A DNA stretch of 38,952 bases from Vicugna vicugna (lineage: Eukaryota): assembly GCA_013265495.1 (NCBI GenBank), contig MU058477.1, positions 1-38,952 of the forward strand, written 5' to 3'. Under the pieces are notes generated by a model. The model was not told where the DNA came from. It did no database searches and was given only the letters and a program-made list of their open reading frames with translations. A program made the translations under genes and the position numbers. Numbering within the stretch: position 1 is the first letter of the stretch; every line of letters begins with the position of its first letter. Positions 1 through 11,119 of this stretch are shown here, in pieces.

Positions 1-52
1 CCCCCGGCAACCACAAGTTTGTATTCTATGTCTATGAGTCTATTTTGTGTTT
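1..52 (-). mobile_element. L1 3'UTR fragment
   Basis: ggcaaccacaagtttgtattctatgtctatgagtct is typical of the antisense L1 3' region. Confidence 0.6.
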
Positions 53-99
53 ATGATCATTGGTCTATTATCTTCATCTTTACCTGGCTTTACCTGGCA

Positions 100-385
100 T
101 TTTACCTGGCTAACTCCTCCTTATCCTTCAGTCACAACTCAAATGTCTCCTCCTCATAGGCCTTCCTTAACCGTCATAATTGAAATTGTATGCCACCCTG
201 TCCCCTCCCTTTTCCATTAGATTCCATTTTGACACATCACTCTGTTTATTTCTTCTACATACCACCTATTTATTTATTGGCATTTATTTATGATCTATCT
301 CCTTCTATTGGAATATAAATTTCATGAGGGTGGGAGCCTATATCTAATGTTCACTGATGCATATTCTGTGCTTAAGAAAATACCT
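100..385 (+). mobile_element. L2 LINE 3' fragment
   Basis: ctggctaactcctccttatccttcag...ctcaaatgtctcctcctc...gaatataaatttcatgagggtggg...tgttcactg. Confidence 0.65.
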
Positions 386-1711
386 TCGTTAATCTGCATA
401 ACCGTCATTCAAAAATGATCAAGTGGCCTGGAAACCCTGTGTTATGGTATTTGATTATAATAATTCTCATCCTCAATAATAGTTTATCTTCCTACCTGCT
501 TTCTCAATTTCAGTTTTATTTTTATCCTATGTATTTGTTCTTCATTTCAAACGGATTTCTAAGCCATTGCAGGTAAATCCCCTTGGACCCAAATAAAGAG
601 TAAAATGTATCCTTGTTTTCCAGAAACTCCTTTGCCTCCTTAGTTTTTAACATGTTTTGAGACATGTATATAGACATGTTTATATCAGTGCTTTGCCATT
701 ATCTTCTGTTTTAGATCCAGTCATGATCTACACTAATTTTTCCTCCTGATTTTAAAAAAGATGTGAAGAGGGTGCAGTGAACCTTAAGAAAATTCATGTT
801 ACTAAATGATTCATAGACTATCCCTTTTCTGATGTGGAAGAGAACATGATTGCTGAAAATTCTGTCATATGACTTGGGATTTTGTCAATTTCATTACTAA
901 GAAGAGCTAGTGTCCCTCAAAAGAGGTAGAGTCCCTAAGTCTCCTTATTAGGAGTAAGAACTTCCCACTGTTTCTTATCCAGAAAGTGTGATTCTTATCT
1001 CTTTTCACCTCCGAATGTCATGTTATAAAGTACTCTTCTACTTTTGCTACTTCAAGATCTTGGTTGCATCTTAGTCTATGTCATTGAAACTGATTAAATC
1101 TTGTGAACTAAAATCGATTTTCCAATTTGTGGAGAATTATTTGGGATTGTCCTTATTCACGTTTGATAATTACAGGTTAAATCACTTGATTAGGGTGAAT
1201 TTGGTACAAATAACAGCAGGGTCCTGAACTTGACCTTCGTTGAAGACAAACTCAGACTTTCTCTCCAGAGTCTTGCTGTTTGCAAAAATATGCACTTGGG
1301 GACATTTGTAGGTGTTAATGGAGGAAACCAAAGAAGTTGAAAAAGGAAATAGGAGACCTACAGTGAGATCTGTGTCCAACAGTGACAGCTATTCCTAGAT
1401 CCAGTCTGTGGCTTCTCAGCAGAAGTGTTGGGCTGTAAAAAGGCTGGGTCTGGCTTGGGAGCCTCGTGTTTGCCTTTGTGTCAGTTAGTCCATGTTTGTT
1501 ATCTGACTTTCACCTGTATCTGTTTCAGACTTCTTTAAGAAAGGAGATCTATAAATTTGATATTCAAATATACCACCATTCTGGAGTTGAATCTTTACCT
1601 CTCTTTCATACTTAGAAAAATGTCTTTTTCAGGTACATCCTCAAGTGTTACAGTATGGGCGTTATAGTTTCTTACCCATTTCCTAGAATAAAATTTGTTT
1701 CTTCTTCTCCT

Positions 1712-1751
1712 TCATCATCATCGTCATCATTGTCATCATCATCATCATCAT
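1712..1751. repeat. Imperfect (TCA)n microsatellite
   Basis: tcatcatcatcgtcatcattgtcatcatcatcatcatcat. Confidence 0.95.
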
Positions 1752-2354
1752 TTTAAATTACAAGGAAGTGTCTTGAAATGGCTAGCTCATCTTACCTGGT
1801 ACCCATCAGGAAGTATTTACTAAGCTCTTTTGGGGGCATATTACTCTCCTAGGTTAATGGAATAAAATAAATGAAGGATAACAAATAACTTCATTTTCTT
1901 CTTGCTACAACCTTAAAATTTAATGAATAATACAGTAATGTTAATTCATTGAAGTAATTTTAGAAGGTCATACATGCGATGAGATTATAAGGCCTTTCAT
2001 GTATTTGTTCCCTGTGCTATCCCAGAAAAGTCTTTATTGATAAGGTTTAACTTTTTATTTATGAGGTTGTAAGAAGATGGAACAACCCCAGTGTCTCCAT
2101 GGAATTTTGGTTTAAAAAATGATTTTCTCCAGCTTTTCCTCAAAAGTCTATCCTAAAAATCTATGAACTCCTGAGCTTATTTCTCTGTATATGCATTCAT
2201 ACTGCAAGATATATATTCTTTGACCCAGAAAATATTGCCATTTTAGGTTTAATCTCTAAAGATCAAAGTTGTTAGTGTAACTGGTGACAAAACAGAAACA
2301 GATTGAGATCTTAGCCTTTCTTAGTCTTGATATTCCTGTGGTCTTTGTCTCTAG

Positions 2355-2534
2355 GTCAGTGTAAGTTCCCGCCAAGTTATCCTTTTGCTAAGCCTAAAGT
2401 TCAGAGTGATCAGTCTGAGTTTGCTGTTGGGACAATTTGGGAATATGAATGTCTTCCTGGGTATAAGAAGAAGTCATTCTCTATCACCTGCCTAAAGACC
2501 TCCAAATGGTCAAATACTCAGCAATTCTGTGAAC
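2355..2534 (+). CDS. CR2: CR1-like SCR1 exon (180 nt)
   Basis: ctag|GT...GAAC|gtgagt; GQCKFPPSYPFAKP...YECLPGY...CLKTSKWSNTQQFCE with 4 Cys and Trp; phase 1-1. Confidence 0.93.
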
Positions 2535-2835
2535 GTGAGTAATCTGTAATAGAGGAATCTTTGGATCTATAACATGTCTCTATGGGCTAACCTGTTATTT
2601 TCAAGATAAAATATGAGCAAATTTTATCTCAGTGATAACTCAATAAAGGGGCTCTTGGGTTCCCATGTTTTCTTTTACTCCTAAGAGTATTGGGTATTGG
2701 GGTTAAGTCATCAGAGCTGATCAACTCTGTTTATCCTATCATCTCCTTGACCTTGTTCTATGGTTTCTGTACTGTGTTAGTGTGAGCTAAGAAGTTAGTA
2801 TACAAGGAATGCTAGTTTCACCTCATTATCACCCC

Positions 2836-3560
2836 ATTCAATTCAAAGAAATATTTTTGAGTAACCACTAGATATGAAACATTAGGCTAGATAATGGGAC
2901 TAGGGAGAGACATAAAAATTAATCAGCTAGTTTCTGTGCTTGAGGAACTCCTCTGCTAGTTATAAATACTGACTTTAAACATATACTGTGCTATGATGTA
3001 TTTTTTTTATTTGTAGAGATAAAAGTCTGTAAACATCATAGAGAAGTAAATAATAAATGCTATCTAGGAGAACAGGGAAATCTAGGCATTATTGACAGAG
3101 CAAACAGCATGTGCCAACACATAAAGGTGTAGAAGAATATGATGTCTTTGGAAAAAAGAAAAATTCACTGTTGTTGGAATATAGGGTGCATGGTGAGGGA
3201 CAGTAGTTGATTAAGTGGATTGGAGCTTAATTGTGATGGGCTGTTCATTCTTTTCCAATAAACAATGGCAAGTCATTGTAAGTTTTTAAATATGGGGAGT
3301 GGCATGACCACATTTGTGCTTCTGGAAGATAATGTGTGTAGTGGTACAGAAGATGTACAGGACTGATGGCAACCAGAATTAGAATTTTATTTTATTTCTT
3401 AATGATCCAGTGAGAGATTACAGCAGTGGCAAAATAGTTGGTTTGGAGAGAGGGATCTGGAATCCAATCACGAAAACTTCATGACCAATTGAATGAAGAG
3501 CAGCAGATAGAGAATGAGTTACAGAAAGGAAATGATGACTGTGAGGTTTTTTCTTAAGCC
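2836..3560 (-). mobile_element. Degenerate L2 LINE fragment
   Basis: attcaattcaaagaaatatttttgag start followed by purine-rich antisense L2-type sequence. Confidence 0.55.
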
Positions 3561-3865
3561 AGAAGATTTGGTAGAATTTGCCATCACTTACAGAATATAA
3601 AAAGGGGAAATAGAGATTATAAATTATGATTGACTACAAATAATGCTTGATCCATGCTCAGAAATATAAACGATGTACTTTGAATGAAAAGTGTTATGGA
3701 GTTGACTTGATCCTTCGGAAGATAGAAGTTTTGTAAATGTCAGATTTTTTTTCTGAATAAACTTAGGTTACTAAGCAAGTCCAGTCAGGTTGGAGTTTAA
3801 TATAAAACACAAAATGTCCCCTAAATCCCAGTTCCAAATTCTGTTTTGTTTATGTTCCCTTGTAG

Positions 3866-3965
3866 GTAAATCATGTATGAATCCTAGAGAACTTCTCCAT
3901 GGCTCTGTCCTCGCACCCAGGGGTTTCATGTTTGGGTCAACAATTACATATTCTTGTGATAAAGG
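3866..3965 (+). CDS. CR2: CR1-like SCR2a exon (100 nt)
   Basis: gtag|GTAAATCATGT...AAAGG|gtgagt; KSCMNPRELLHGSVLAPRGFMFGSTITYSCDKG. Confidence 0.93.
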
Positions 3966-4371
3966 GTGAGTTGGCAAGAGCTACCTCCAGAATACATGGA
4001 TGTTAGCACAGTAATTTCAACCAGAAATCACCAGTCTTAAGTAATTGCCACCTACCCTTAAACATAGGCAAAAAGAGAATCACCTCTCTGATCTGCCCCA
4101 GAAACAACTCTTCAAGATTACCCACTAGTGAAGATTCCTAGAAGAGAAAGGAGTTTGGGCCACTCTTCTTCCAATTTTAAATCTTCAGTATTACTGACCA
4201 GGAGGTCAATTTTCATTTCAATTTAGATTATTGAATCTTTTGTATGAGTCCTTAGTCTCCATTATTTGTTACATATGATACTCTATTCTTTGCCATTCTT
4301 TCAGTGGAAAAAGAACTAAGCTTTCCTAAAATGTCCAGCTGGGAGGTGATTACTCCTCTCTTTGTATTTAG

Positions 4372-4457
4372 ATATCGACTCATTGGTGACTCATCCGCTA
4401 CATGTATTATCTCAGACAATGCTGTAGTCTGGGATAAGAGCATGCCTTTTTGTGAAT
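4372..4457 (+). CDS. CR2: CR1-like SCR2b exon (86 nt)
   Basis: ttag|ATATCGA...GAAT|gtgagt; [28 protein letters not shown]. Confidence 0.93.
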
Positions 4458-5008
4458 GTGAGTAAAATTTTCCCTTTCTTGCACCCCTTGTCTCTCCTAG
4501 GAGGAAAGTGGACATCTACACAATCAAAATAAGTACCCAAGAGGGTTACACTTGGTTTGAGTAGTTCTGGATGCAGACCTGTGGTTTATCTTATTCAGTG
4601 CCCTCAATTCCACAACACTTTCCTTTGCTTACTGTCCTTTGATGATAAGTTATTTCATAGTGAAAAAGTGCTTAAATATAATATATGCCACAAGATTACA
4701 CACTGCCAACTTTACCCTATGCAAAACATACACCATCCTAGGTGTCTTTTGGAACAGTTTATCTGTGTTCTAGGGGTAGGGACTGGTGACCATATCATAT
4801 TCCGGGGGTTTTATCAGGCCAGTTCTGTGTATTTGCCTACCTTGCTACTGCCCATTTAGAACCATCTTTGAGATGATCATCCAGAATTTCAATAATATGG
4901 GTTAATTGTAGGTTAAGTGGAGGTTTGGTTTGCAAGAGTTCAGACAAAATTCCCAGAAGGTATAACGTTTAAATGACTTCTCTCTTTTCCTATCTACCCC
5001 CCAAAAAG

Positions 5009-5407
5009 CTATTCTTTGTGAGTCGCCCCCAGCCATCTCCAATGGAGACTTTCACACCAGCAATAGAGAGAATTTTTACTACGGAATGGTGGTTACTTAT
5101 AAGTGCCATGTTGGACAGAATGGGAAAAAGCTGTTTGACCTCGTGGGTGAGAAGTCAATATATTGCACCAGCAAAGATAATCACGTTGGCATTTGGAGCA
5201 GCCCTCCCCCTCAGTGTATTCCTCTAGTCAAATGCCCAATTCCAGAAGTTGAAAATGGAATCGTGGAATCTGGATTTAGGCCTTCATTTTTCTTAAGTGA
5301 TTCTGTGATGTTTAAGTGTAAGCCTGGCTTTACCATGAAAGGCAGCAACATAGCAAGGTGTCAACCAAACAGCACATGGAATCCTCCACTGCCAAAGTGC
5401 TTCAAGG
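5009..5407 (+). CDS. CR2: CR1-like SCR3-4 exon (399 nt)
   Basis: aaag|CTATTCTTTGT...AAGG|gtgagt; ILCESPPAISNGDFHTSNRENFYYGMVVTYKC...WNPPLPKCFK. Confidence 0.93.
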
Positions 5408-6342
5408 GTGAGTTTGGCTGAAATTTTGGGGATCTAGAAATAAAATGAGACTTTTAGAGGAATAGATATATGGCACTTATGAGAAGAGGAGGATAAAGAT
5501 AGTGTATGTGGTTGGATATCCTGGTTAAAGAATTTAAAAGTAAACCTTAAAAGTAGTATATAAATGTTAAAAAGGTGGGAAATTTACTACATTCTGGAAC
5601 AGTGCTAGGTCTGCATTAATGTGGAGGAAATTAGAAGACACTTTTAAAAAAGCAGATAGTACCAGAGCCAATGATCAGAGATTTTTATATGATTAAAATC
5701 ATGTATGATTAGATTTTATTTAAATGAGGAGAAAATAAACTTTCAATCCTATTGTCTAAGTCAATGGGGCAAACTGACTGATCAGAATTTGATTCAAATT
5801 ACTGGAGGTATTATACATTCTCCTATTGAAAAATATAGCCTTTATGGAATTAGGCTAGACTTAAGATTGAGTCTCTTTTCCCATTCTCCCTTCCTTCCCT
5901 ACTTTTATTGAGAAACACCCGACTTAGTAAAAACCTGGCAACATTGGGAGTGTCCCACGAGGCTCAGAAACTTCATCAGTGATTTGGGGAGCAGGAAGAA
6001 AGAGGAGATTTTGGTGGTAAAAATGCATTATAGTAGTTTGGTTCCCTTGACTATTTTAATGAGATGATATCCACTTAAATGAAATGGGAAAATGATGAGT
6101 GGGAGTAATGCTTCCTGGTATAGATCAAGATATAGAAGGCAGACAGTTGCATGGATCATCATGTCTAAAAATGTAACACATGTTCACCCCACTCCACCTC
6201 ACCCAAAAGAGTCTCTTCCTTACACTTAGGAGAATTGACATGACCTTCATCTTACTCCTGCCAATCCCAGCTTGGCTTAGGTTGTAGAGAAGAACACTCT
6301 TATTTCAGAAATAAAAGGCCTCTGGTCCTGTTCTTTCCTCAG

Positions 6343-6519
6343 GGTGTCTACCACCTCCACATATCCACCATGGCAATTATAGAAACATGGATAAGGAATT
6401 ATTTCTAATCGGACAGGAAGTGTCCTACAGCTGTGAGCCTGGCTACACTCTCATTGGAACTAACACTATGCAGTGTACATCCTTGGGAACCTGGAGCCAT
6501 ACAGCTCCCAAATGTGAAG
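6343..6519 (+). CDS. CR2: CR1-like SCR5 exon (177 nt)
   Basis: tcag|GGTGT...GAAG|gtgcc; [58 protein letters not shown]. Confidence 0.93.
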
Positions 6520-6599
6520 GTGCCTAAAGGTTTATTCCATCTTAAGGAAATGCAACTGTTTCCTGACTCTATGTATCAGCCTTGTCTGTTTTCTCCTAG

Positions 6600-6702
6600 T
6601 GAAATCATGTGATGCCATTCCAAAGCAGCTTCTCAACGGTCGTGTGGTAGCTCCTCCTAATCTCCAGCTTGGGGCAAAGGTTTCATTTGTTTGTAATAAG
6701 GG
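6600..6702 (+). CDS. CR2: CR1-like SCR6a exon (103 nt)
   Basis: ctag|TGAAATCATGT...AAGGG|gtgagt; [34 protein letters not shown]. Confidence 0.93.
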
Positions 6703-6784
6703 GTGAGTGCAAGCTGATGGGGTTTGAACTAGAGTCTATGATCCACAGCTAAGTATTGCAAACTGTGATCTCTAACGGTAGTTA

Positions 6785-7088
6785 NNNNNNNNNNNNNNNN
6801 NNNNNNNNNNNNNNNNNNNNNNNNNNNNNNNNNNNNNNNNNNNNNNNNNNNNNNNNNNNNNNNNNNNNNNNNNNNNNNNNNNNNNNNNNNNNNNNNNNNN
6901 NNNNNNNNNNNNNNNNNNNNNNNNNNNNNNNNNNNNNNNNNNNNNNNNNNNNNNNNNNNNNNNNNNNNNNNNNNNNNNNNNNNNNNNNNNNNNNNNNNNN
7001 NNNNNNNNNNNNNNNNNNNNNNNNNNNNNNNNNNNNNNNNNNNNNNNNNNNNNNNNNNNNNNNNNNNNNNNNNNNNNNNNNNNNNNNN
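6785..7088. other. Assembly gap (304 N)
   Basis: Run of N; hides the acceptor and 5' part of the SCR6b exon. Confidence 1.
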
Positions 7089-7149
7089 AGTCAGTGTGTC
7101 TCAGAAGGAATGAGAGTACTCTGGAATAATAAGTTTCCTGTCTGTGAAC
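7089..7149 (+). CDS. CR2: CR1-like SCR6b exon, visible 3' part (about 25 nt expected in the gap)
   Basis: SQCVSEGMRVLWNNKFPVCE followed by C|gtgagt donor. Confidence 0.9.
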
Positions 7150-7859
7150 GTGAGTAGAAAGCAAAAATAATCAAGTGCGGACTGTGCCTCTTGATTTCTG
7201 GTGTGCTCTCATGCATTTATCAATTATAAAACCTTATCTATATGTGTGCTTTGAACATATATATGCCGCTCTTCTGTACGTTGTAGAATGCAGACTAAAA
7301 CTAAATTTATTCAACTGATTACATTTTGCATTGAGTAGTCTATGTGCATAGAGATAGAGGCTCTCAAAAGTTACCCCTACTGAAAATGAGTAGCACTGAT
7401 GTGCTACAGTGGTTTGGCTGTGTCTTCTTATGCCAGTTCCTCTTATGCCAGTATGAACAACTCTTGGAGCTAAATGGAAATCAACCAGAAGTTTTGGAGG
7501 TTGGCAATTTTCCCTTTATTCTGAGACCCACTCAGGAAAGGTGTATCTATACCAATATAAACAATTAATATTCTTCATACCCTTTAGGATAAGTAAATAA
7601 AGGATACGAGGCCATTATTCAAAACATCGGATAACTTCCTGTGGCTTTTCAAAGAGGTCCAGCATCCAAAGATAACAAATGACTTGCAGTGAGGCTGCAG
7701 TATCTTCAGTAGCAGGACAGAATGTGGTTTCACTACTTACAGTCCCAGTTGTGTGTTTGAAACAGGCGTTGCATAGTTAGCATGTTCCAGATATTGTACT
7801 TGCCCCTTTCAGGTGCTTTTGTCTTACTGGATTCTCACTACAGCCTTGAATTATACTGG

Positions 7860-7955
7860 ACTGGAAAACTGGGGCTTAGGATAGGGGAAGACTTGCCTGT
7901 GGCCATACAGCTATTGAATGACTGTGGGCATTTGAAACCAGGGCTACTGAGCCCA
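7860..7955 (-). mobile_element. MIR fragment
   Basis: gaaaactggggcttag...gacttgcctgtggccatacagcta...atttgaaaccagg. Confidence 0.6.
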
Positions 7956-8318
7956 AATTTCGTTAGTCCCTGGTGTCTCTCCACGTGTGGTTAGTGTGTC
8001 ATTAACATGTTCTTTTCACGTGCCGTTTGCCTTTTGTTTTTCATTAGACACAACTATTCAGTACATTCTGTCTCATTGTTACTGTTTGGTCAGGTTGACT
8101 CATAGTCTTACACTGCTCCTCTTGCTGAGGAGCAAGGGAAAGGTAAGAATTTGGGAGGCTGGGGTTATGTAGGGACTATGAATAAGAAACGAACTGTACA
8201 CATTTCTAAGTCTGTTTCTGAAAAAAGGGCATGACTTCAGTTTGGACCCTTCATCTAAATTTGAATCTTCTTCTTGTCATGATCACTGTGACCACATATT
8301 TTCTTTTCTCCTTTGCAG

Positions 8319-8707
8319 AGATTTCTTGTGACCCTCCTCCTCTTGCCAAGAATGGACGGAACAGTTATCATTCTGGCCCCACACCTCTTAACACTGTGGT
8401 GAGGTACAGCTGTCAGGGTGCCTTCCGCCTCATTGGAGAAAGTATTCTCTTTTGTATAAGTGAAGACCAAGTAAATGGAATCTGGGATAAAGCTGCTCCC
8501 ATTTGTGAATATTACAATAAAAATTCTATTTGCCCTGAACCCACAGTACCAGGGGGTTACAGAAGTAAAAAGTCTAGACCACCATACAGACATGGTGATT
8601 CTGTGACATTTGCCTGTAATACCAACTTCACCATGAAAGGAAACAAAACTGTTTGGTGCCAAGCAAATAAAAAGTGGGGGCCGACACCACTGCAACCTGT
8701 GAGAGTG
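8319..8707 (+). CDS. CR2: CR2 SCR1-2 exon (C3d-binding); 389 nt with apparent 1-nt deletion near 8693
   Basis: gcag|AGATTTCTTGT...AGTG|gtgagt; [16 protein letters not shown]...FRLIGE...[13 protein letters not shown]...[12 protein letters not shown]...WGPTPL; terminal TCES lies in another frame. Confidence 0.92.
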
Positions 8708-10072
8708 GTGAGTAGAAAAAAAATAAAACTGAGTCAGGAGGTCGGGTCCTTGTATTTCTGTGCAGATCAAGTTTGGTATCATTCTGAAGTAAAAACGTTG
8801 TGAATGTGTGAATGTAGGGGTGAGGGAAGGAGCAAGGGAAAGGGTGAAAATTATGGCTTCCTGTTTTTTCTTAGTTTGGGGGGGTATAAATGTTCATTCA
8901 ACAAACATCAACGGAGCAAAGAATCTTAAGTACAATGGAAAAATCTGACTGATCACAACTAATAACTGAATGGAATGAGTGTCACAAGGATGGGGGCCAG
9001 AGTTCACTGGAACTATGAGAATTGGGTGGTTTTAAACCAAATATCTGGGTTATTGTTAAAATGAGAAGAAATATGGGCTCAATAGCAAAAAACACACCCA
9101 GTGGATTTAGAATTCGTCCAAAAATAGCTGTTAATATCACCTGGCTGCTATGATGCCCTGTTGTCTTCGGCCTCATTGAGTGATCCGCTAATCTTCCCAA
9201 CTTGTCTCCTAAGTCATAACATTTCAAATCAAGTAAGTTTGAAAATAGGAACTTCTGTAAGCTCTTCATTTCCTTCTTCTTTGGTCTGGTATATGTTGCT
9301 CCTGAAATCTAAATCTGAATTTCAGTTATGTAATGACAGGAACCATGCAATATTTGACAAAAATTATACCATCAAAATTAGGTACTTATTTTCCTAATAA
9401 AGAATGTTATTGATAAATTCTAAATTGATTAAAGAACTGAACAAATTATTATTAGAGAAATAGGAGTCTATCTATCCATAAATAGATATGTAAACTTGGA
9501 GGTAGGGAAGATCTGAAGATAGTCACAAAATGGAGTGACCATGGAAAACTGTTAAGCCTTATCAAGTGTTAGACGGACCTGTATGTGTTAATATGGAAAG
9601 ATATAGATTATTAAGCAAAGAAAGTAAGGCATAGGAAAATATGTATTGAGTATACATACACACCCAAAATATGTGTGTATATAAATCACATAGAGGATCC
9701 AAAGAAACTATATTACAAATATCTGACAGGATCACCCCTTATAATAACATGCCACTTTTGGAGCAGAGAACAGGCTTAAGGGTAAGATGAAGGTATGAGT
9801 GAAAATGGACTTTTTTTTGGTAACTGAAATTTTTCTATTGAAATGTGGCAAAGATAATTCATAAGGTGTAACTAAAAATAAATAATGTACTATTTATGGT
9901 ATAAAATGGATACAGTTAAACCACGCCTGTTTGATCTTTCAAAGACTGAGTTGAAAATGAATGATATCTGCTTACCATAGATCATGCATCATTTACTTGG
10001 ATTTATGTACTAAGTCAAAATATAGTTTGGGTAGAAGCTATCATCTGATTTCCCTACTGTGTGTGTGTAAAG

Positions 10073-10261
10073 ATTTTCCCCTGGAGTGTCCATCACTTCC
10101 CACAATCGCTCACGGACATCACACAGGGGAGCGTGTTAGCTCCTTTGCCCCAGGATTTTCTGTGACCTACAGCTGTGAACCTGGTTACTTGCTTCTTGGC
10201 GAAAAGACCATTCGCTGTTTGTCTTCAGGAGTCTGGAGTGCTGTCACTCCCACGTGTAAAG
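10073..10261 (+). CDS. CR2: CR2 SCR3 exon (189 nt)
   Basis: aaag|ATTTTCCC...AAAG|gtacc; [17 protein letters not shown]...WSAVTPTCK. Confidence 0.93.
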
Positions 10262-10346
10262 GTACCCTAAATTTACAATCAATTTTAAGGATTTGGGTTA
10301 TAATGTTACTTGCCACATTTTGCTCATCTTTGGCTTGTTTTCTTAG

Positions 10347-10446
10347 AGGCACTGTGTGAACCTCCAGGACAGCTTCTCAATGGGCAGATAAAGAGGCCCA
10401 CAAGTTTTCGGGTTGGTGTAACTGTGGACTTTTCGTGTAATGAAGG
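10347..10446 (+). CDS. CR2: CR2 SCR4a exon (100 nt)
   Basis: ttag|AGGCA...GAAGG|gtgagt; [33 protein letters not shown]. Confidence 0.93.
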
Positions 10447-10667
10447 GTGAGTGTCGAGAGAGCCAGTGAGATTTAATTCCTTTGAGTTACATGTGCCTGG
10501 TGTGAACTGTGAAACCTGCAGAAGGCTCTTCCGTGAGGGTCTGTGGACAGCTTGAGGTTATGAGAGAGAATGCTGATAAAAGGGGTACACAGAAATTAAG
10601 TGATTTTGCCTTAAATAGAAGCTTTTGTTCTGCCTGATAGTTCTGAATGACTTCCCTCTGTCTCCAG

Positions 10668-10750
10668 GTATCAATTACACGGCCAACCGTCTAGCCAGTG
10701 TGTAATTGTTGGACAGAAAACTTTTTGGACCAAGATGCCAGTTTGTGAAG
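10668..10750 (+). CDS. CR2: CR2 SCR4b exon (83 nt)
   Basis: ccag|GTATCAA...GAAG|gtatgt; [27 protein letters not shown]. Confidence 0.93.
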
Positions 10751-11064
10751 GTATGTTAGGCTGATGTGATTTGTAACTGGCTTATTGACCAGAGGTTCAA
10801 CAGGACACCGCAGTCTCAGCTTAGCTGAAATCTTTTTGTTCAGTTGTTACTATACAGGGTCTTACAGAGTGAAGATCTCTCCTAGAAATCTTTAAGGGAT
10901 ATGTTATTCACTGAAGTAGCCTCGAATTACCTCTTTATTCTCTGCTTACTCAAGTGAAACAGGGTTCCTAGACTTATCTTTCTCTGAAAGCTACGCAGAG
11001 TTGCTGTTCAGGCCATGCACATAAAGGGATTGTATATTTGGTAAAAGAAATCAAAGGATCATCA

Positions 11065-11105
11065 AAGTATATATATATACTTGAATATATATATATATAT
11101 TCAAG
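11065..11105. repeat. Two overlapping perfect (TA)n-centred palindromes
   Basis: AAG(TA)6CTT 11065-11082 and CTTGAA(TA)7TTCAAG 11080-11105. Confidence 0.9.
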
Positions 11106-11119
11106 AATAAAGCTCTAGT

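Noticed and set aside
79..110. Three copies of TTTACCTGGC
   Set aside because: Short local slippage at an L2 edge; no spacers and not CRISPR-like
962..5581. RBPJ/CBF1-like GTGGGAA sites (962-968 reverse, 5575-5581) as the CR2 intronic silencer
   Set aside because: A 7-mer is expected by chance at this scale, and orthology to the known silencer cannot be established without alignment
6756..7164. Long ORFs containing X runs
   Set aside because: Artefacts of the N gap
7426..7452. Direct repeat TCTTATGCCAGT x2
   Set aside because: Trivial microduplication with no supporting context
8255..8782. 175-aa minus-strand ORF
   Set aside because: Antisense shadow of the SCR1-2 exon with no recognisable domain
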